Below, in pieces: positions 33,205-35,876 of a stretch of 35,876 nt of DNA. Below the pieces are notes generated by a model, which was given only the letters and a program-made list of their open reading frames with translations, had not been told where the DNA came from and did not search any database. Made by a program: the position numbers and the translations under genes. The DNA comes from Puniceicoccales bacterium (GTDB lineage Bacteria; Verrucomicrobiota; Verrucomicrobiia; Opitutales; JAIRLM01): NCBI GenBank assembly GCA_031282565.1, contig JAITDL010000044.1, forward strand, positions 1 through 35,876, in the 5' to 3' direction. Within the stretch, counting starts at the first letter, position 1. Every line of letters starts with the position of its first letter.

Positions 33205-33741
33205 GTGGCTGATGATCAATCTGGAAGGCGTCGCGCTTCGTCGACGCGGAAAACGGTCCTCGTCGTTGCCGGCGGCTTTGTTGCTCTCGCGCTGGCTCTT
33301 GGCATTTTTGCAATTCGGCGATCCATACGGAAATCGCAGGATGAACGCTTTTTCCGCGAAATTATGCTGATGCAGGAGGCGCTGGAGCAGTACGCCAATC
33401 AGAGCGGCCGGGGAGAGCCATCCTATACAACTCTGCGGCATGCCGATGTCCATGATGACGTCTCGAAAACGCCGATTAGCGGCAAATGGCGCATCAGGCA
33501 CAGCGGTAAGGGGAAAAATCGGGCATCTACGGAAATAATTGTGGAGCAGCCAGATAGGACGTTGAAGCAGATGGAGAAAATTGATGCAACCGTTGACGAC
33601 GGTAACCTGGCGACTGGAAATTTTCGTCTCGTTGCGCCAGACGACTATGCAATTAAGCTGCTGGACAGCGATCCGACGGATTCGGATTCATCAGGGTCAG
33701 ACGGCGCTTCGACGGCGAAAACAAAGCGCGGTACAAAATAG
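33205..33741 (+). CDS. Membrane-anchored orphan protein (178 aa), faintly pseudopilin-like
   Basis: GTG start. Basic N-terminus, then one TM segment (TVLVVAGGFVALALALGIFAI), then ...ERFFREIMLMQEALEQYANQSG...EPS and ...IDATVDDGNLATGNFRL. These recall the N-terminal helix and body of GspG-type pseudopilins, but the G/FTLxE prepilin cleavage motif is missing. Acidic, Ser-rich tail. Confidence 0.5.
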   Translation: MADDQSGRRRASSTRKTVLVVAGGFVALALALGIFAIRRSIRKSQDERFFREIMLMQEALEQYANQSGRGEPSYTTLRHADVHDDVSKTPISGKWRIRHSGKGKNRASTEIIVEQPDRTLKQMEKIDATVDDGNLATGNFRLVAPDDYAIKLLDSDPTDSDSSGSDGASTAKTKRGTK

Positions 33742-33783
33742 CTGGCGGCAACTATCGACTGCGGCGGTTTTTGATTTTGTGAC

Positions 33784-35799
33784 TTAATTGTGCTCTTGCC
33801 GAGTAATCATGTAGAGATAGTTAAATCCGCCGCCGTCTTTCCCAAATGATCCGCATTGAAAGCCGCCTCGCGTCGAAAAAAACGTGCACGGGATGGGTTT
33901 CCCATCAAAACCACAGCAAAATCCAGCGGAAACTGGTTGATATAATTTCTCGTCAGATGATCCGCCGCCGGCATCCGTAGCTCTGTCAAAATTGCGCCAT
34001 CTGTCTATGTAAATTGGCACGATGTCGAGCGCAATAAGCTGCTCAATGATAAAATCTCCCACGGTGCCACGGGTCATGCTGCGTGGAGCTAATGTGTCTG
34101 CGCTTGAAAGTTCTTTCCCCCTAGCACAACATGAAATCTTCGCGGTTCTGGTCCACGTATCAATTTTGCCGCCATCCCGTAATAGATCTTCAATCGACAT
34201 GGCTTCATTCATGTACTCGAGCAGTTTTCCACGGAGTTGTGTTCCATCGTGGTCACCGAAGTGATAGGCGGCTTTCGTCGCAAATTGATCAACGGAGAGG
34301 TTATCTCCAAGAATCTCCGCCAATGACTTTTGCTTAAGTGCCAGCATGTGCGCGCCCATTGCATCGCAGATATCTTGCAGCGGAGATTGGGCGCCAATTC
34401 GTCTGCAGCCATCAGCCGACACTAGTGGAGGTCCTGAAGTTGATTTTTCCATCCATAAATAGTGCTTATCTATTCCTCCAAGGAAACCGATTACACTGGG
34501 ATTCCCTGCTTCATCCATCACTATCGCATCAATTGTTTTTTCTTCATTGAAGTCTTGGGTATGACTTGATTTTTTGTCTGGGAGCTGGTAAACTCTTGTA
34601 ATGGCATATCCATCTCCAAGGTATGCCGGAATGATCTCCGTGTAAATTTCAAACGAAATCCCGAAGGCATCTGCTTCCTGGTCAAAATTTTCTATTCCTC
34701 CAACGGCAAGCGGCACAAAATCTTTCTCCAATGGGTTCGCGCGGCGGTATGCTGCCGCTGCTGCGGGAGCGGCGGCACGTACTGGTTCCATGGCAGTCCG
34801 TTCCCATGCGCCTTGTAAATGGCATGGATGTCCTTTCCGCGGAGCCATTGCCGCAATTTTTACTATCTTGCCATCTATTACAATGTATATGCAGCCCTCT
34901 TCAACAAGACTCTTCAGCTCCGCGAACATGCGCCGCGGGTATTTGAGCTGTATTAGGGCAATGATGCTAATGATGCCGCAATTGCCGTCGGCGTACTGCA
35001 TAACGGGCAAAAGCGCGGCGGTAAGTACTTTCACTCGAAATTCTTGGAGAACATCTTCGATGGATTGTGGGTTCGCCAGCAGTGCCAGTAGGACGCTGCG
35101 CGTTACGCGGCAGCAATCTTCTGGAACAAGCAGCGCGAGAAAGCATTCGGCCTTTGCGCGCTGGAATTTTCCATCGCCGCCGATGCAGGCCGCTGCAATT
35201 TTTCCGGCGAGTTCAAGTGAAACGCCGCACACAGCGTCCGGCGCAAATTCTATGGGTCCATCAACTGATGTATTACTGGCTATAACTGACAATTTAACGA
35301 AATCAATGCATTCCTGGCGACTTAGCACCATGTTATCTGGCAGGTTGCTTGCTAATTCACCGAAATTCAATGTGGCTAGGACACTATCTGGATCCAGCCA
35401 CGAGGAACGACCCAGCTTCCGCCCAATTTGAAGGTTGAACCCAGCATTGCTAAGACGCATATTTTGCCGTATTCGTGCGAGGTTCAATTCGGCGAAATTG
35501 CGCAGTGCGTCGTAGTGTTCACGGGGTAAAACTGTTTGGACGCTCAATTCAACGTGCGCCGGCACGTCTGCCGCGTCATCTTCCGGCGGAACTTCTGGCG
35601 TCGCTGCAGGTACAGGCGTGGAAGCAATTGGCGGCGTTGTACTAGCAGCCTGCTTGCCAACATTCGCCGCGGGACCTTGGCTTTCCGGCTCGTCATCAGC
35701 CGCCACTGCTGGTTTGCCGACAACTTCTGCCGTTGCCGGGTCCACTTTTGCCGCTGTGGCATTTGTTTGTTTGCGTTGAATTGCAGGCACATGGACCAA
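33784..35799 (-). CDS. Orphan protein (671 aa) with an OTU-like cysteine-protease signature. Candidate deubiquitinase-type effector.
   Basis: ATG at 35799. The first ~85 aa are Ala/Pro/Thr-rich and look disordered. ...VMQYADGNCGIISIIAL... gives Asp271/Cys274, and ...FLGGIDKHYLWME... gives His446-Tyr447, 172 aa downstream. This matches the OTU arrangement of DGNC plus H followed by an aromatic residue. The C-terminus is Cys/Gly-rich. Confidence 0.7.
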   Translation of the reverse strand: MVHVPAIQRKQTNATAAKVDPATAEVVGKPAVAADDEPESQGPAANVGKQAASTTPPIASTPVPAATPEVPPEDDAADVPAHVELSVQTVLPREHYDALRNFAELNLARIRQNMRLSNAGFNLQIGRKLGRSSWLDPDSVLATLNFGELASNLPDNMVLSRQECIDFVKLSVIASNTSVDGPIEFAPDAVCGVSLELAGKIAAACIGGDGKFQRAKAECFLALLVPEDCCRVTRSVLLALLANPQSIEDVLQEFRVKVLTAALLPVMQYADGNCGIISIIALIQLKYPRRMFAELKSLVEEGCIYIVIDGKIVKIAAMAPRKGHPCHLQGAWERTAMEPVRAAAPAAAAAYRRANPLEKDFVPLAVGGIENFDQEADAFGISFEIYTEIIPAYLGDGYAITRVYQLPDKKSSHTQDFNEEKTIDAIVMDEAGNPSVIGFLGGIDKHYLWMEKSTSGPPLVSADGCRRIGAQSPLQDICDAMGAHMLALKQKSLAEILGDNLSVDQFATKAAYHFGDHDGTQLRGKLLEYMNEAMSIEDLLRDGGKIDTWTRTAKISCCARGKELSSADTLAPRSMTRGTVGDFIIEQLIALDIVPIYIDRWRNFDRATDAGGGSSDEKLYQPVSAGFCCGFDGKPIPCTFFSTRGGFQCGSFGKDGGGFNYLYMITRQEHN

Positions 35800-35876
35800 T
35801 GTGACGAAGAAAACGCGCAGTGGACGGATTAGTACGATGTCGCATATGGTGCGGCGGAAGGAGTTTTTGCCGTCCA

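Noticed and set aside
35829-35876. Possible gene fragment at the right edge: either a minus-strand C-terminus (...WTAKTPSAAPYATSY stop) or a plus-strand start at ATG 35837 (MSHMVRRKEFLPS)
   Set aside because: Only 13-16 codons are visible, both readings are open, and there is no motif. It is too short to support either call.

Overview
A chromosomal segment of moderate GC content (judged by eye) in which ordinary housekeeping genes alternate with orphan ORFs. Housekeeping genes I can call: radC 3' end, a GT9 heptosyltransferase, gspE-gspF, tRNA-Leu(GAG), a priA-like gene, a TrmH-family methyltransferase, rmuC, rplM-rpsI, ileS, a dksA-like gene and lspA. About half of the window is taken up by roughly a dozen ORFs with no family I can assign by eye. 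The L13 N-terminus, the dksA-lspA pairing and the overall gene content look like the PVC superphylum (Chlamydiae/Verrucomicrobia-like), but that placement is inference only. There is no CRISPR array, rRNA, transposase, integrase or prophage gene. The orphans share a host-interaction flavour. (1) Two giant paralogous proteins (up to 1303 and 1023 codons) are transcribed divergently and share an identically placed C-terminal IFFGFLF hydrophobic anchor. (2) A 671-aa protein has an OTU-protease-like DGNC...HY catalytic arrangement, making it a candidate deubiquitinase effector. (3) A one-gene cassette is flanked by 86/87-identical direct repeats and encodes a protein with eukaryote-style bipartite/monopartite NLS-like basic clusters. 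(4) A protein has about 200 aa of RGG/RG low complexity, and its ORF reads 405 nt codon-for-codon antisense through the end of gspF. (5) A possible T3SS gatekeeper (SctW/YopN/CopN)-like protein. (6) An autotransporter with a non-canonical repeat-rich passenger. A priA-like gene whose helicase motifs all look degenerate is also notable. All functional calls rest on motif recognition by eye and need profile and structure searches.
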